Positions 47,663-60,970 of a stretch of DNA of 64,000 nucleotides are shown in pieces. Numbering within the stretch: position 1 is the stretch's first letter; every line of letters starts with the position of its first letter. Both the position numbers and the translations under genes were made by a program. The stretch is from Bugula neritina (Eukaryota; Animalia; Bryozoa): positions 1,488,001-1,552,000 of the forward strand of contig OZ037765.1 of NCBI GenBank assembly GCA_964035545.1. The letters run 5' to 3'. Under the pieces are notes generated by a model. The model did not search any database and was not told the origin of the DNA. It saw nothing but the letters and a program-made list of their open reading frames with translations.

Positions 47663-48906
47663 CACTTCACCCCGACGGGCTATCACTGCATGAAAATTAT
47701 TCACGTTGAAGTCCAACAGTGATAAACAAATTAATAATACGTGAACTGCGAATCTAAACATTTTGCTTTAGGTTTTAACTTCTCCTAACGAAAAATTAGA
47801 GTAGCAGTATTAATTCTATTTTTATGGTAACATTGTTATTCCACAGTGACTCTGACAGCGATTTACTAAGATTAACTAGTCACTAACAGTTAACTACTAC
47901 TAGTAATTTAATTAGTATTACTTAAATTGTAATACTAATGGTAATTGTTTTTATCATTATAAATTTTAGATTTATAAGTATATTTATTGTATTTTTTTTT
48001 GTAAGCCATCTGCGTTGTGTTTATTAGTAATAATTATCAGATAACTATCATTAATATTCAGGTTGAGGTTGACTTTATTGTAATTATAATTGTTGCTAAT
48101 ACTAATACTAATAGTAATAGTAATACTAATATTGATCTTGAAGTTAATATCATTGTCATCATAAATAACTATTATGTTTTTGAATTTATTGCTAACACTT
48201 GGTTATTGTAATCAATAATAAAATATAGGTAATTGAAATATTATTAGTGGATAACCATGTTGTTTGGTGAATGAATCATGAGTGTTATTGCAACTGTAAG
48301 TGTTACTTGTAAAATTTTGATTATGATCATAATTGTAATGCTAAATATTTGAAAGCAAAATTAATAATGATAACAATATTTATTGTGACTGTTATAACTA
48401 CATTCATCTAGTTACAAATGTTTTATCAAAATGATAGATGAATTTAATTAGTTTATGGCAATTGATCATAACTATTATAAATACGATGCCAACAAACAGT
48501 TGAATGTCAATTTTAATTTAAATCACTCAAATTTAACAGAACTCATGCACATATAACAATTGTTCTAATATGAAATCACCATTTTCAATAACTCATATCT
48601 GTTGTTACCCATTTTGTAAAATCTGCTTTAATTTTAGCTCATCAAGCTACAACTTTTTTTCAATGTATGTTCAGGCTCTGCAAACAAAGCTAGTACCAGC
48701 ATATTTGTGTCATAATGTAATCATTTTATTTGTTTTCAATTATTTTTGCTAGCTTAGAAGAAGTCAAAATTTAAACACAAGTAAACAGTTTGAATGTTGA
48801 TTATTAGAAATTGTGAACACAAAAAAGTAATTTTTTAAGAACATTATAATTATTAAAATCAATTTCTGTAGTTTGTGTACATTTGGTATTTCACAACCTA
48901 CACAAA

Positions 48907-51900
48907 ATGGGTGACAAAGGAGGGAAAAGTGATATGGACCGAATGGGTATATTCCAAGAGATGAAGTACCACACTATAGGGGACAAGTACGCAACTCCTG
49001 GCGGTAAATATCTTTAATATATTTCTGGGGTAGCGGAATGTAAGTTTGATCCATACAAAGTAGTAAAATAAAATCAAATTAGTAATTGTCTATTGACTAT
49101 CAGATTTATTGCCAATTGCAGTAACTTTGAAAATGTATTCCGTTACAATATATTATGTAAAACTATTAGTGAAAATTTAACTAAATAATTTTATATAACT
49201 ATTTTAACAAAAATTAATTAATGTTGACAGTACATGTTTTATCAAACAGTTTATTATAAATAATACTGAGCAATGCAGCATGCAAACAGCATGCAATATG
49301 CATTTCAAAACTTCACTAAATATGGGATGAGTAACCAACAAATAAGTTTTTGGGTTCGACATTTATTTACAGTTTCATTCAACGCGTCTGCTGGCAAGGG
49401 TAAGCAGATGCTGCCTGGGGGAGTCAAGGAAAAGTGCGCCAAACAAGACGGGTATTTCAATGACAAGTTCCAGCGAGTGTTTGAGGGGGAAGCGCACTCT
49501 GACCCTATCAAAATGAGACGTCAGCATAGAATGAAAGAGGCGCAGAAAAACTTAGGCAAACCATTTCTACCGAGTAGCGGGGATAAAAAACCGTATGTAA
49601 TCAATTGTTTTGTAATCTGTTTTATGTAGTTGTGTCATGCTTGTTTTAGTTTCACAAATAATGAGAATTTACAAACACACTCTTTAATATAGTCTTGAAA
49701 TCCTAATATATATTATTATATTATTATATATTACTGGTCATGAATGAGTCTATGTCAATATTTATTATAGAGCTATAAAATTTAACTTCAATTGCATATT
49801 TTATTTTCTGTCAAGATTGGAATTTTAATATTTACAAGATTTAATTACTGAGCACCAAAAAACTAAACTCCATGTCAAACCAGGATAAAATTGTTTTATA
49901 TCACAAGATAAAATGATACCTTTTTTAGACATTTTTATCTTTTCAAGTTGTAAAAAATGTGTTCATAGTACTTTATTATAAGCAAATCTTAATGTTTTAT
50001 AAATACAGCTTTTATGTTGTTTTTTTTTTGTTTTTACAAATCATTTCATCAGCTCACATTATATACTCGTATATGTTTTTCTCTATCTTGTAATTCTATA
50101 AATCTTCAAAATGATATGCAACCACATTCTACTGCTGATTCCAGGAGTGGCCTTGGCAATCATTTTGGCACCCTGGGGGGTCCAGTGCCCGCCTTCAGTG
50201 CCCAGAATAAGACTGCTGGAGCATACAAAGCCCCGAATAAGAACTTCTACACGAACCCCGGTAAGAAGGGCACCGGCTACGGCTACCTCACCGTCACTCT
50301 GGGACAGCATCCTAAGCACATGACTGAGCCCTACAACCAAGTTGCTCTTCTAGATAAGGTAGGCTGTCCAGTTCAGCGTCCCGTATATTCTCGCTATATA
50401 CTTGAGAAGTTTGTTGCGCGTGTTGCGCGTATTTTACTTAACTATTAGATTCCCCAAAGGTCTGGTCAGACAAGTGCGAACATAGTGAGAGTTTACTCAT
50501 ACTCTCCCATGCATTATAAACTCTAGTTCTATAAGAAAAGTAGTTTTGCTTGTGTCGTATTCTTTTCAACTTCTCTAATAAGTTGATCTTTCAATTCACT
50601 CAAAAGTCCAATACCCGCGTTATTCAGGTCTAGTATTTAAAGCACTGACCTAGCATGACACAAGGTCATGGGTTCAAATTTAGGCAAAGTCGTTGGTGAT
50701 GTCTGAAAAATCATCTGATCATAATTGCTTTTGTGTCAAAATAAAATGTTCCTTTCCAGCAATATTGGCCAGCGCATGGAACCACTATCAGAGGTCCTCT
50801 CAAGTGTTGTGACTTTAACAAACTAGCAAGTTTCATGCAGACAATTATATCTGCTGCTCACCCTGTAGTATATTTCTAGTATTGGCTTATAATATTAATA
50901 TGTATTTGGACATTAACAGCAACCAATAAAGGCAAAGCTAATTTGTGTTGAGAAGACAACTCTATGTTGTTTATGAAATTCTACATCGCACTAAAATAAA
51001 ACAGTTATTAGTAGTTTATTTCATTGCTACACGTTTTATAATATTATAATATATTTTTTATTTATTGATATCATAGTTATATTGTTCCGTCAAATATAGC
51101 TTTTATTATTGCACTGTACTGTACTACATTAGTTATGTAGTATTGCTATTTTTATTGGAATCTCATTTAATAATACATGGAAAATAATACAATATTGTAT
51201 ATAGCAATATTATAACATATGCATATATCATTATAAAAACACATGTATATGAAATTATTATCAAATAAAAGGATTATCTTTGCATCTAGAAATATCTCAT
51301 GACATATATATTATTAAATGATTAAGCTATAAAATAATATAACTTTTCATGTTATAGCAACTGCAAGATCAGTCCAGATCCAAGATGAAGGGAGGTTCGT
51401 TCAAACTCAACATGCACCCCAAGGCCTACTTTGATGAGAAGCCATTCACCAACGACAAACCGTTGCCACCGGTCAAAAAGCCCGCTCCTTCTAAACCCAT
51501 TACTGTTCCCTTCAAACCAAGTCACCCATCTAAGATAGTAAGAATAATATAATAGCCTATTGCATACATTTATATTATATATTAATACCTTGCTATACTC
51601 TCTATATATTTCTATATTTAATGTTTATCAAGTATTGGGTTTCAATTTTTTTCCTTTACTTTGGTTTCCAATGCTTTATTTTGAAATAATACAAAGTAGA
51701 ATTGCCATTTCCTGACTCGACTTTAAAGGAAAATATAAACAGAGAATGATATTATTTAAATGATAATTTTTAAAAACTTGTTTTTAGACTATTGTAGTAA
51801 TATATATTGTTTTATATGCGATTTATACTGTCCATATCAGTTTTATGGTCAAACTACAATTTGGATTCTTTTAATAACAAAAGTTAAGAATTAATTTCTA

Positions 51901-54768
51901 TGCCAGCTTCACATGTATGAACCAATGACTTGGTGAACAGCAGTATACACTCAACATTGTAGTATTTCCGTAACAGATAGCCTGTGTTTATAGCCTGCCG
52001 GATGTAAAGCCGGGACATTTGAGACCTACCCTACACACTCCGTGGATCCTTATGGTAAACACTACAAGAGACCTGTGCATGTGGTGAACAAGACCGGCAA
52101 GACGTACATCCCCAACTCTGGGCCTAAGACTGCTCCTATCACCTCCATTATCAACCAGAATGTCATCAAGTGAGTTCAATAGGGTGAAGGTCACGGGGTC
52201 AACATTGTGTTGCTAGGTTACAGATTGACTGTGGCATCCCAGCGTATATGCATACGTATAAGGCAACAAAGTTGTTGCGAACATTAAACCAAATTTTTTT
52301 GAATCTACTAAAATAGGAAAAATAATTCAATTTAGGGCCGACAACTCCAAATATAAATTAATCTCCTACACTAGCACTACTCTCATTTCTATCTAGAAAT
52401 ATCAAAAGTAATATTTATAGCACTGGACTTTAGAAAATATGGGCAAACATTTCCAGGTCAATTTGTCTTTTAAAAGTATATTGTCATTAGTTGAAAAACT
52501 GTAACTGCTTCTAGCTTACATTAAAAGAAGACAACTTCTTACCAATGTACACAGTAAGATAAAATAGCCAGCCTATTTGAGAAAATAGTTGATAGAGCAA
52601 GCCTTCTTAGACAAGTTGACAAAACCCCAACATGCAGCATGGTGAATACGAGTAAATACAGCGGCTAGTTGAATATTCCTGCACTCATTTATTATGTTAA
52701 ACCACAATTGTTTAGTTACCATTTCTTCTATTCTATATCTTCACAGTTTAAACACCGCCACCGTATTTTCTAAGTTTCTTTATTTTGCAAGGCAGATGGC
52801 TATGCTTACTTTTAGAACTAAAATCTTATCAAGCCGTTTAAAGTTTAAAGTAAACATTATGCTATATTAAAGAGTTTTACCAGCTAATTTGGCAGACTGC
52901 CAAATATTCTGCATTCATAAAACAGGCTCAAATCCTGAACAGAAACAGTGTACTTGGGACTCTACAGGGCATAGTATAATCTATTAACTAGGTGTATTAT
53001 CTCATGGTGTTTGTTTATGCTTCGTCTAGTAAACATCTGTCAGCTATCTCTCATATTCCCATTCAGTCCTACTTATTCACCTTGCAAATCCACCTTGCAG
53101 ACCCACCTTACAATCCCACCTGACAATCCCACCATAAATGCCACTACTACTAACACTACTAGTACTACTAGTACTACTAATGCTACTACCACTACTACTA
53201 CTGCTACTACTGCTACTACTGCTTTTACTACTACTACTGCTACTACTGCTTTTACTACTACTACTGCTACTACTACTACTGCTACTACTAATACTGCTAC
53301 TACTAATACTGCTACTGCTACTACTACTTCCACCATCATCACTAGTACTATTACCAGTACTATTGCTACTATTAGTCTAATATTAGAGTCACTAATTTTA
53401 GTGTTTCTTCATTCATCTACACAGAAATCTCAAAGCATATCTTAAAACTCCTATAACTGAAACTAGCAGCTAGTGCTATGGCATAAAGCTCCAGTTAGGA
53501 CTTTAGTTTTCATATTAGATACGAATTTGTCATGACACTCTCAATGTATGTTTATACACTGGTACTGTTAGTATTGGAAAGTATGTAGTTTACTATGCAC
53601 CTTGGTACAACCACCCGTTTCTTATGGCGCTAATAGTACATGCATGTACTCAACATTCGTAGCAGCAGAAGACAGTCTGTGAAATTTAGAGTTTTCTTAG
53701 AAGTTTAGGGAAACCCCTCTACTCCCTTCCTCTATATACATGGTTACACATCCTAGGAAATATAGCCAAGAGTTTGAGTTTAAAGGTGCTGGTTTATGGA
53801 TCAAACTCCAGTATATTTAGTTGGTGTAACAAAGGATAGCCTAAGTTCTTTAATTGTCTGTGAATCCTTGTTTTTTATTAATATCAAAGTTTTTTCTGCT
53901 ATATCTGTCATGCACAACATGGGCGTTTCCCAATTTCTCCTACACGCCCCCCCCCCCTTTACCCAGGCTGTTCTTTCAACCCTCGAATTTTTTCTAAGCA
54001 AGTTTAAAATAACTATTTACAGAGATTGAGTGCTCCATTCCCATTTCTAATGCAAAATACTCTCCAGTATTTTACTTGACTTTTTAAATACATGTAATAC
54101 CAAAATCTGATCTAGACACCAATTTAATTCACATTCAATTTTATTAGATTTTAGGTTAAATACTAAACCTTAGGCTAAAGCTTAAAAGCTGTCTTGTCAT
54201 GAAAACTGTTGAATTCATCTTTTAATGAAAATCCAATCCACAAATTAGATTTACCTAAAAACTGAGGCCTCATCTTTAGAGACTAATGTCCAAAGACATG
54301 TTACGTAACCAAGTGTACTATGACCTCAAGTATTGGGACAGGTCCAGGGGGTCAACCTAGTTAGACACATATTTGAGATAACACCAGCTAGTACTGCTTT
54401 GTTATAAAACACGAATGTTATCTTCACCTTGTGCACACAGCTTAAAGTCTATATTATACAAGGGGCACACCTACCTATTGTACTCAATACAAAAGCCAAC
54501 CAAAGTCAATACCTCTTTTCAAGTGTAGTGGACTCGACTAAACATAGTTATCATTGTAGTGTTTAAATTCAAACTATATTTACCTGCTTCTAAAGCTTTC
54601 ACTTACACATTTATTAAATGGGACAGTTGTTAGTAAGCCATGCTAATAACCTTTAAGTCTTGTAGACATGCATGTATTACATATTGGTAATCAATAAACT
54701 CTGTCTGTGATTGTAGGGCTGTAAACAGACAGAACTACAAGACTGTCCGTTCAGTGACTGTCCACTAG
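48907..54768 (+). CDS. CFAP96: Cilia- and flagella-associated protein 96 (C4orf47/UPF0602), ~312 aa; exons 48907-49003, 49373-49592, 50145-50358, 51358-51537, 51994-52169, 54717-54768
   Basis: GGKSDMDRMGIFQEMKYHTIGDKY; KQMLPGG..GYF..F.RVFEGE; KNLGKPFLPSSGDKKP; KNFYTNPGKKGTGYGY; GGSFKLNMHP; PFKPSHP..GCKAGTF..YP.HS.DPY. 939 nt in frame. Confidence 0.92.
50626..50740 (+). mobile_element. tRNA-derived SINE relic, family B
   Basis: A-box-like ggtctagtatttaaagc and B-box-like gggttcaaat, then a core shared with 13035-13130. Confidence 0.45.
53140..53375. repeat. (CTA/CTG)n trinucleotide repeat in CFAP96 intron 5
   Basis: Direct inspection. Confidence 0.9.
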
Positions 54769-55951
54769 ATCTGAAATCAGGACACCACTAGTACATGACC
54801 AATCAAGAAATTCTTCTGATTTCGTAACTGGATTACTTAGATATCTCAAACTCCAACAGATAACCGGCCAAATCCATGTGAACTTTGCCCAGGAAGTTCT
54901 GGAAAGACAAATTTGTACAAATATTTTATGCTACCTAAAAGTGACTAAAACTGAACATTTAAAAGAATGTATTCCCAATAATGCGACTATAATAATATAT
55001 ATGTAATCTACATATTGTGCAGATGATATGTGAGAGACTTTTAGTTTACCTTTATTATATCACTAATAAATTCCTTAACCATGTTGTCTAATTTCATTTC
55101 AATCATCTAAATTCTAAAACATGTGTGAGCACAATAACACATGTTTACAAGGTTTATAATTTATACAGTAAACCATATAATATTCAATTGGATATTCAGG
55201 TTTGAAGTATAAGTGTTTTATTTCACAAAGATAAAATGAATCAAAGACCCCACTAAAGTCAACACTAATCTTAATTTTGCATCTTGTGATTTGATCAACA
55301 ATTTGGCAAGTGAACTGCTGCTAGATATATAGCGCTGCTGCCAGATAAAACCTCCAGTGGGACGCCACTTTTGGCATCCTCCCAAATCTTGTGAAGCACA
55401 ATCTTGGCATCCACCCAAGTAATATGGAGGCATATTATCAACTGGAAAGGACAGAGATGGTAGTTTAGAAGGGGAGCACTTTTCAATAACCTTCCCACAA
55501 AGAATAATTCACCAACAATAGTGTTGCCACAACTCAAACAGCTTGAAGCAAATTCACTTGAGATATGAATAAACTAAACAGTGTCCTTGAAAAGGCCGTT
55601 AGCCCAATACCACTGCTGAATGGGGGAAGGGCTGAAATATATCACAGGATTATTTTATCATTTCAAAATAGTTTATTTTAGAAAACAATACAGAGTAGTG
55701 AAAATGACAGAAAACAAAAGAAAGTTATAAGACCTGAAATCTCAAGCAAACAAACTCTAAGTGTTACAGTAAGGGACAAAAACACTACAATGGATGCCAT
55801 TTGCATAGTTAAACTGAAAACAATAGTCTATTTGGTCTGTAGTCATGAGAGTAAATCACGTTTACATTCATGTGCGTGTACTTGACCTATTATCTCTTAA
55901 GAAAGTCTTTGGTTGTAGTTGAAAGTTTTATTACCTAGTTTATTGTATTGC

Positions 55952-56791
55952 TCATTGAACTTTGCTCAGTCGTTTCTTTTCCTCTGTTAAAGATGGAGCA
56001 GCTCTAGGTGGTGGGTTAATGTAACTATCATAGAAAAACTTTGCAAATAAAACAAAGTAGCTCAAATACATTACGAATGAATAGCCAATGTTTCTCATTG
56101 AAATATCACAGTAACGGCCTTGTTTTTTCATCGAGTAGACGTAAAAGTTTATTAGGCAGCCTACCACCATTTGAATAAGCTGTAACAGCGTGATAAGCAT
56201 TCGAATCTGATTGGGAACGCGTATCTTCATGGCTCGAAGTGTGTAGTAGGAGTACATAACCGCATGAACAGCGAAATTCATACAAATAAACCAGCGGCCG
56301 TGAGAGCTTTTCTCCGTGAAGCTGTACCAAGTGTAGAGAAGAACGGTGATATGGTGATACCAATGCAGAAATATAAGAGGCTGCTTTCTCAGCACAATGA
56401 ACACTGTGTCTCCCAGCTCTATAATTTTTGACAATGTGAACAGCCCTGTCCAGAACTGAGTGGCCGGGTGCTCCATGTAGCTGGCAACACACGAGGAGTA
56501 GTACAGCCCTTCGTACCGCAGCACGTGGATGATTTCTGGCCACATTCTAACTGTACCAATCACACTGAACAACGCCAACATACCACTCCACAAGGTGAGG
56601 GCCGAACTGAGGCCGTACTTTTCTTTTCTCTGCATTATCCACTGACCTCCAAATATGACGACTACGTACACCAGAGACGACCACACGGAGAGCATGTAGT
56701 GGTTCTTGACAAACTGCAGCAGAGTTCCGCTGTCTATTGACTTTTCAAACTCAAATACAGTCATATTGAATGGCTCTACGGTACCTGCCAT
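55952..56791 (-). CDS. ELOVL6: Very-long-chain fatty acid elongase, ELOVL6-like (279 aa), single coding exon
   Basis: FTLSKIIELGDTVFIVLRKQPLIFLHWYHH, NFAVHAVMYSYY, ITLLQLIQM, MYLSYFVLF..FF and a basic C-terminus. The ATG at 56791 is preceded by a splice acceptor at 56802-56803. Confidence 0.93.
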   Translation of the reverse strand: MAGTVEPFNMTVFEFEKSIDSGTLLQFVKNHYMLSVWSSLVYVVVIFGGQWIMQRKEKYGLSSALTLWSGMLALFSVIGTVRMWPEIIHVLRYEGLYYSSCVASYMEHPATQFWTGLFTLSKIIELGDTVFIVLRKQPLIFLHWYHHITVLLYTWYSFTEKSSHGRWFICMNFAVHAVMYSYYTLRAMKIRVPNQIRMLITLLQLIQMVVGCLINFYVYSMKKQGRYCDISMRNIGYSFVMYLSYFVLFAKFFYDSYINPPPRAAPSLTEEKKRLSKVQ

Positions 56792-58384
56792 CTTGTATTC
56801 CCTGCAAGAAGAAACTCTAATAGCTGATGAAACTGTTAATTGAAGCACTAAACTGTCAGTATAAGTGTCACATAGTGGTAGACAGCTTCTAAGCAGATCA
56901 CAGAGTTAACGGCCCCTATCTAATAAAATTGGGACATAATTAAAAAATGGCTAAGTAAACAGGTAACTTAAAGCAAGAGAATGTGTAAAAAGAATACAAT
57001 TGAAACTTTTTTACAGACACTTTTAGATAACAATTGTTAACATTGAAACGCAAGTTGTATAAATTTATTATAGTTTTTTCAAAATAAACTATCTTTAGCT
57101 AAATGCTAACACACTGGCTGCTGCTCATCAACGCAGGTAAAACTGAAACTTCGGCAATCAAATGTTTAACACGAGCAGAAACGACTCATTTATCAACAAA
57201 GTCAAATTTTAGCATGGCACAGTAGAAACCATCTTCAACTATAGTACTCCTACTACTACTACTACTGGTGACTGGTGACTAGCACAGTAGTGCCGTAATC
57301 ATAGTGATGGTTACTGCAGCAGTCAGTGGAAGAAAATGAAAGTCAAGGTGTGAAAATCAATGTCACATATAATTAGTATGATAGTCGTATTGAATGAATG
57401 TCAGCAGCAACACACAAGGAGTAAGTGCACTGGCATACATTCTAGCAGCATACATAATACATATGATACAGCAATACTTATTACAATGCTAGATTCAATG
57501 TAGATTTAAGTTTAACAGTGTCAGCTAACCACGAACACCTAAGCTACATTAAACTGAAAGAGTGATGGCTACTAAATATATTTTTTAAGGTAAAACATAA
57601 GTCTAACGGTAATTGTAATCACTAATCAGTGAACCAATAATCATATTTATAATTATAATAATGCCACATCTTTAAAAGTACTTGAAGAATTTTGAATTGG
57701 ACTTGAAAAATAATATTATTAATAATAAAAACTATCAATCCAGAAAATAAGAAATAAATTCAAACTCAAAATATGAATTATTAGTTGTCATACTCAGACT
57801 TTACTCACAATACTACTATTAGTACTACTATTACTATCAGTATTATTTATACTTTAAGTTTAACTTATGATAATCAGTAATCACAATCACAATGCCGATG
57901 GTTATGGTAACGATATTACTAATATTATAACTAATACTAACAGTAATAGTAATACTGACAGTGACTCGACATTTCACTTTCAGATTTACTTTTAGACTGT
58001 CACGGTCATTTAAGACTAAATTTCCACGAGTTAAAATTATACCAACACTAATAGTAATACTAATAGTAATACTAATACAGTATTGCTAGTAGTAGTAGTT
58101 ACAGTAACTAACAATAACATTAAATGACTAAAAAGTATATGTAATAGCTACTAGCACTAGTAATACTAATACTAATAGTAATACTAATAGTAACAGTAAC
58201 ACTAATAGTAATAGTAATTTACTAACAGAAACTATATTAATATTTATTCATATTGTTCTCATTTGTGATTCAGATTTTAATTCTTATTCTTAACTAAACA
58301 GTGACACTAACACTAACAGTAAACACTCTGGTGATGAGTCAATTATCAATATCACTATCAGAGGGCTGAGACCAGCTCCAAGAA

Positions 58385-58600
58385 CTACAGTAGAACTGAA
58401 CGTAGTACTAGTAGTACTAGTATTACAACTGCTAGTACCTGTGCTACTACTAGACCTAGTAACTGTAAGTCACTAAGTAGTAGTACTACTACTACGTCTA
58501 CTAATACTAGTAGTAGTACTACTAGTACTGTAGTAGTAGTCGAAGAACTACTACTACTAGTACTACTACTACTACTACTAGATGAAGATGTAACTACAAA
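58385..58600. repeat. (CTA/TAG)n low-complexity repeat
   Basis: Direct inspection. Confidence 0.8.
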
Positions 58601-59050
58601 AAGCAAAACATACTATCAAAGCTATAACTACCTATTTCAATCAAAATAAATACTACCTAATTCACTACAAAGTATAATCCTGCGTGCCAGGCTTCCTTCA
58701 ATACCATGTGCCTGTTGGGTACGATAGTGAATACTGAATAGGTTTTCAATTTGTGTTGGTGATAACAACGAATAAATTTACTTGACGCCCAACTTGACCC
58801 CATACCGACCAATGAACTCAATAATTATTAACTGGAATGGGTACGATTGTACTTTGTAATGTAACCTCGTTGCCGATTGGCTTTGTGAGCCCGAGCATGC
58901 TCTTTTTCTAGCGGGAGAAAATAGAGCCGGTCGTCCATCATTTCGATTGAGTGAATCTCACTTTTAAACTTTGTTTTTTGTCCTGCTTTATATCTGAAGC
59001 GACTATATTTTTATTTAATTGTGTTTTCTATCACCTCTACTTCGTTAAAC

Positions 59051-60970
59051 ATGTCGAATTCTCCGTATCCTAAGCAAACTAAGGGTCAAAGAAGCAAGAC
59101 CACTGAGTCTCAGTGTTGTGCATACAGTTGCCGCAACTACCAGTACAGCAGTTACATAAAGACAAAAAAAATCTCTTTTCACAAGTAAGTATATGGCTTT
59201 AGTTACAACAATCAGTGAAAGTAATACATGAACTAGCGTAACAGTAGGCTTAATAGTTGTGGTAGCGGTGCTGCTGCCTACTAGTAGTACTAGTACTAGT
59301 AGTACTCTACTACTACTACTAGTAGTAGTAATACTAATAGCTAAGCCTAAGGCTAATGGCTAATGTTATACTTACAGTATCAGTATGATAGTACTACTAC
59401 TACTACTACTGCTGCTACTACTACTACTACTACTACTACTACTAGCCTACGGCTACTACTACTGCTACTACTACTACTAGCCTACTGCTACTACTAGTAC
59501 TAGTACTAGCCTACTAGTACTACTACTACTAGTACTACTACTAGCCTACTGCTACTACTACTACTAGTACTAGCCTGCTACTACTACTACTAGCCTACTG
59601 CTACTACCACTACTAGCCTACTACCACTACTAGCCTACTACTACTACTAGCCTACTGCTACTACTACTACTAGCCTACTACTACTACTACTACTAGCCTA
59701 CTGTTACTACTACTACTACTAGCCTACTGCTACTACCACTACTAGCCTACTACTACTACTACTACTACTAGCCTACTACTACTACTAGCCTACTGCTACT
59801 ACTACTACTACTAGCCTACTACTACTACTACTACTACTAGCCTACTGCTACTACTACTACTACTAGCCTACTACTACTACTACTACTACTAGCCTACTGC
59901 TACTACTACTAGCCTACTACTACTAGCCTACTACTACTACTAGCCTACTGCTACTACTACTACTACTAGCCTACTGCTACTACCACTACTAGCCTACTAC
60001 TACTACTACTACTACTAGCCTACTGCTACTACTACTACTACTAGCCTACTACTACTACTACTAGCCTACTGCTACTACTACTACTAGTAGAGCGCTACTT
60101 TGGCAATGCAGTTATAATTGAGTGTTGAACTAATATCTTTATTGTGTCATCTACTCAGGTGTCTCTTGCTTATATTTCAGATGTAATATACGCCTGTCCC
60201 TATTTGTGTTATTTACAGACATGTTTGTATTACTGGACTTGTATGTGCCATTGACACAGTATTTGGGTTGGTGGAGAAACTGTTGGTGCCTAAAACGCTC
60301 GACTATCTGCTAATGTATAAATTTTCGCAAGACCATTTAGAGCTGTGGTATGCTATAGCTCTAAACAGCTATGCATGAAGCCCAGTCTGCATCCACTTAT
60401 GTTAACATGTTTATTTGTTCTCTTACTCTCTTATCTCTTTCCTTCAGGTGTTCGGTTTTTCACTTTGCTTTGATAGGTGCAACTAAGATGGTCGGTTGGA
60501 CCAACTGTGTTGAAAAGTGAATTTTTTTGCATGAGCTTAGCGGTTAAAATGCATGCAATATGAAGTATATTTTATTAACTTTTGAATACCAAGAGACAAA
60601 GATAATGAATTTTCAAAAATTTCCAAAACTGTGGTGTCAAAGCAATTGTGCATTTTTTAATTAAATGACTTTTTTGGCTTAATTGCATGCAAGGTTTTGC
60701 TTGTGTTCTAAAAAACATCATTTTTTCTGGGTAAACATAATCCAATCATTAATTGTGAACAGGCAATTGATGCCCAAGCATTTTTTTAATATCTGTTTTA
60801 GGTGGATGGAATAATAACGCATCTGTTACTGGCTTTCAGTCTATCTTTAGAAAATTGGTGACCCGATGTGGTGTACATCCAGGCAACTCAGGAAATTCTA
60901 AGCCATTAGATAGCACAACTGCTATTCATGGAGACATCATTAGGCATCGAAAATCATCATTTCTCCCTTT
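59051..60970 (+). pseudogene. Fragmented P-element transposase: THAP exon 59051-59183 and catalytic-region exons ~60219-60347 and ~60802-60970
   Basis: MSNSPYPKQTKGQRSKTTESQCCAYSCRNYQ..KKISFH(K)|gtaagt is the start of a THAP C2CH domain. HVCITGLVCAIDTVFGLVEKLLVPKTLDYLLMYKFSQDHLEL and GGWNNNASVTGFQSIFRKLVTRCG..GN match THAP9/P transposase YLLTYKFSQDHLE..GG.NNNP. The middle of the transposase is not seen. Confidence 0.82.
59279..60088. repeat. Compound (CTA)n repeat punctuated by 'gc' and 'ctg' within the P element
   Basis: Direct inspection, ~800 bp. Confidence 0.95.

Noticed and set aside
53011-53445. Thr-rich 144-aa ORF nested in a CFAP96 intron as another small mucin
   Set aside because: It is explained by a (CTA)n microsatellite of a type common in this window (58385, 59279), with no convincing splice or domain support
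55250-55430. Similarity to 17490-17545 (SQDAKL in both ORF translations) and internal ttggcatcc repeats as a mobile element
   Set aside because: The match is short and I could not define TIRs or a TSD. It may be an old dispersed repeat but is not supportable here.
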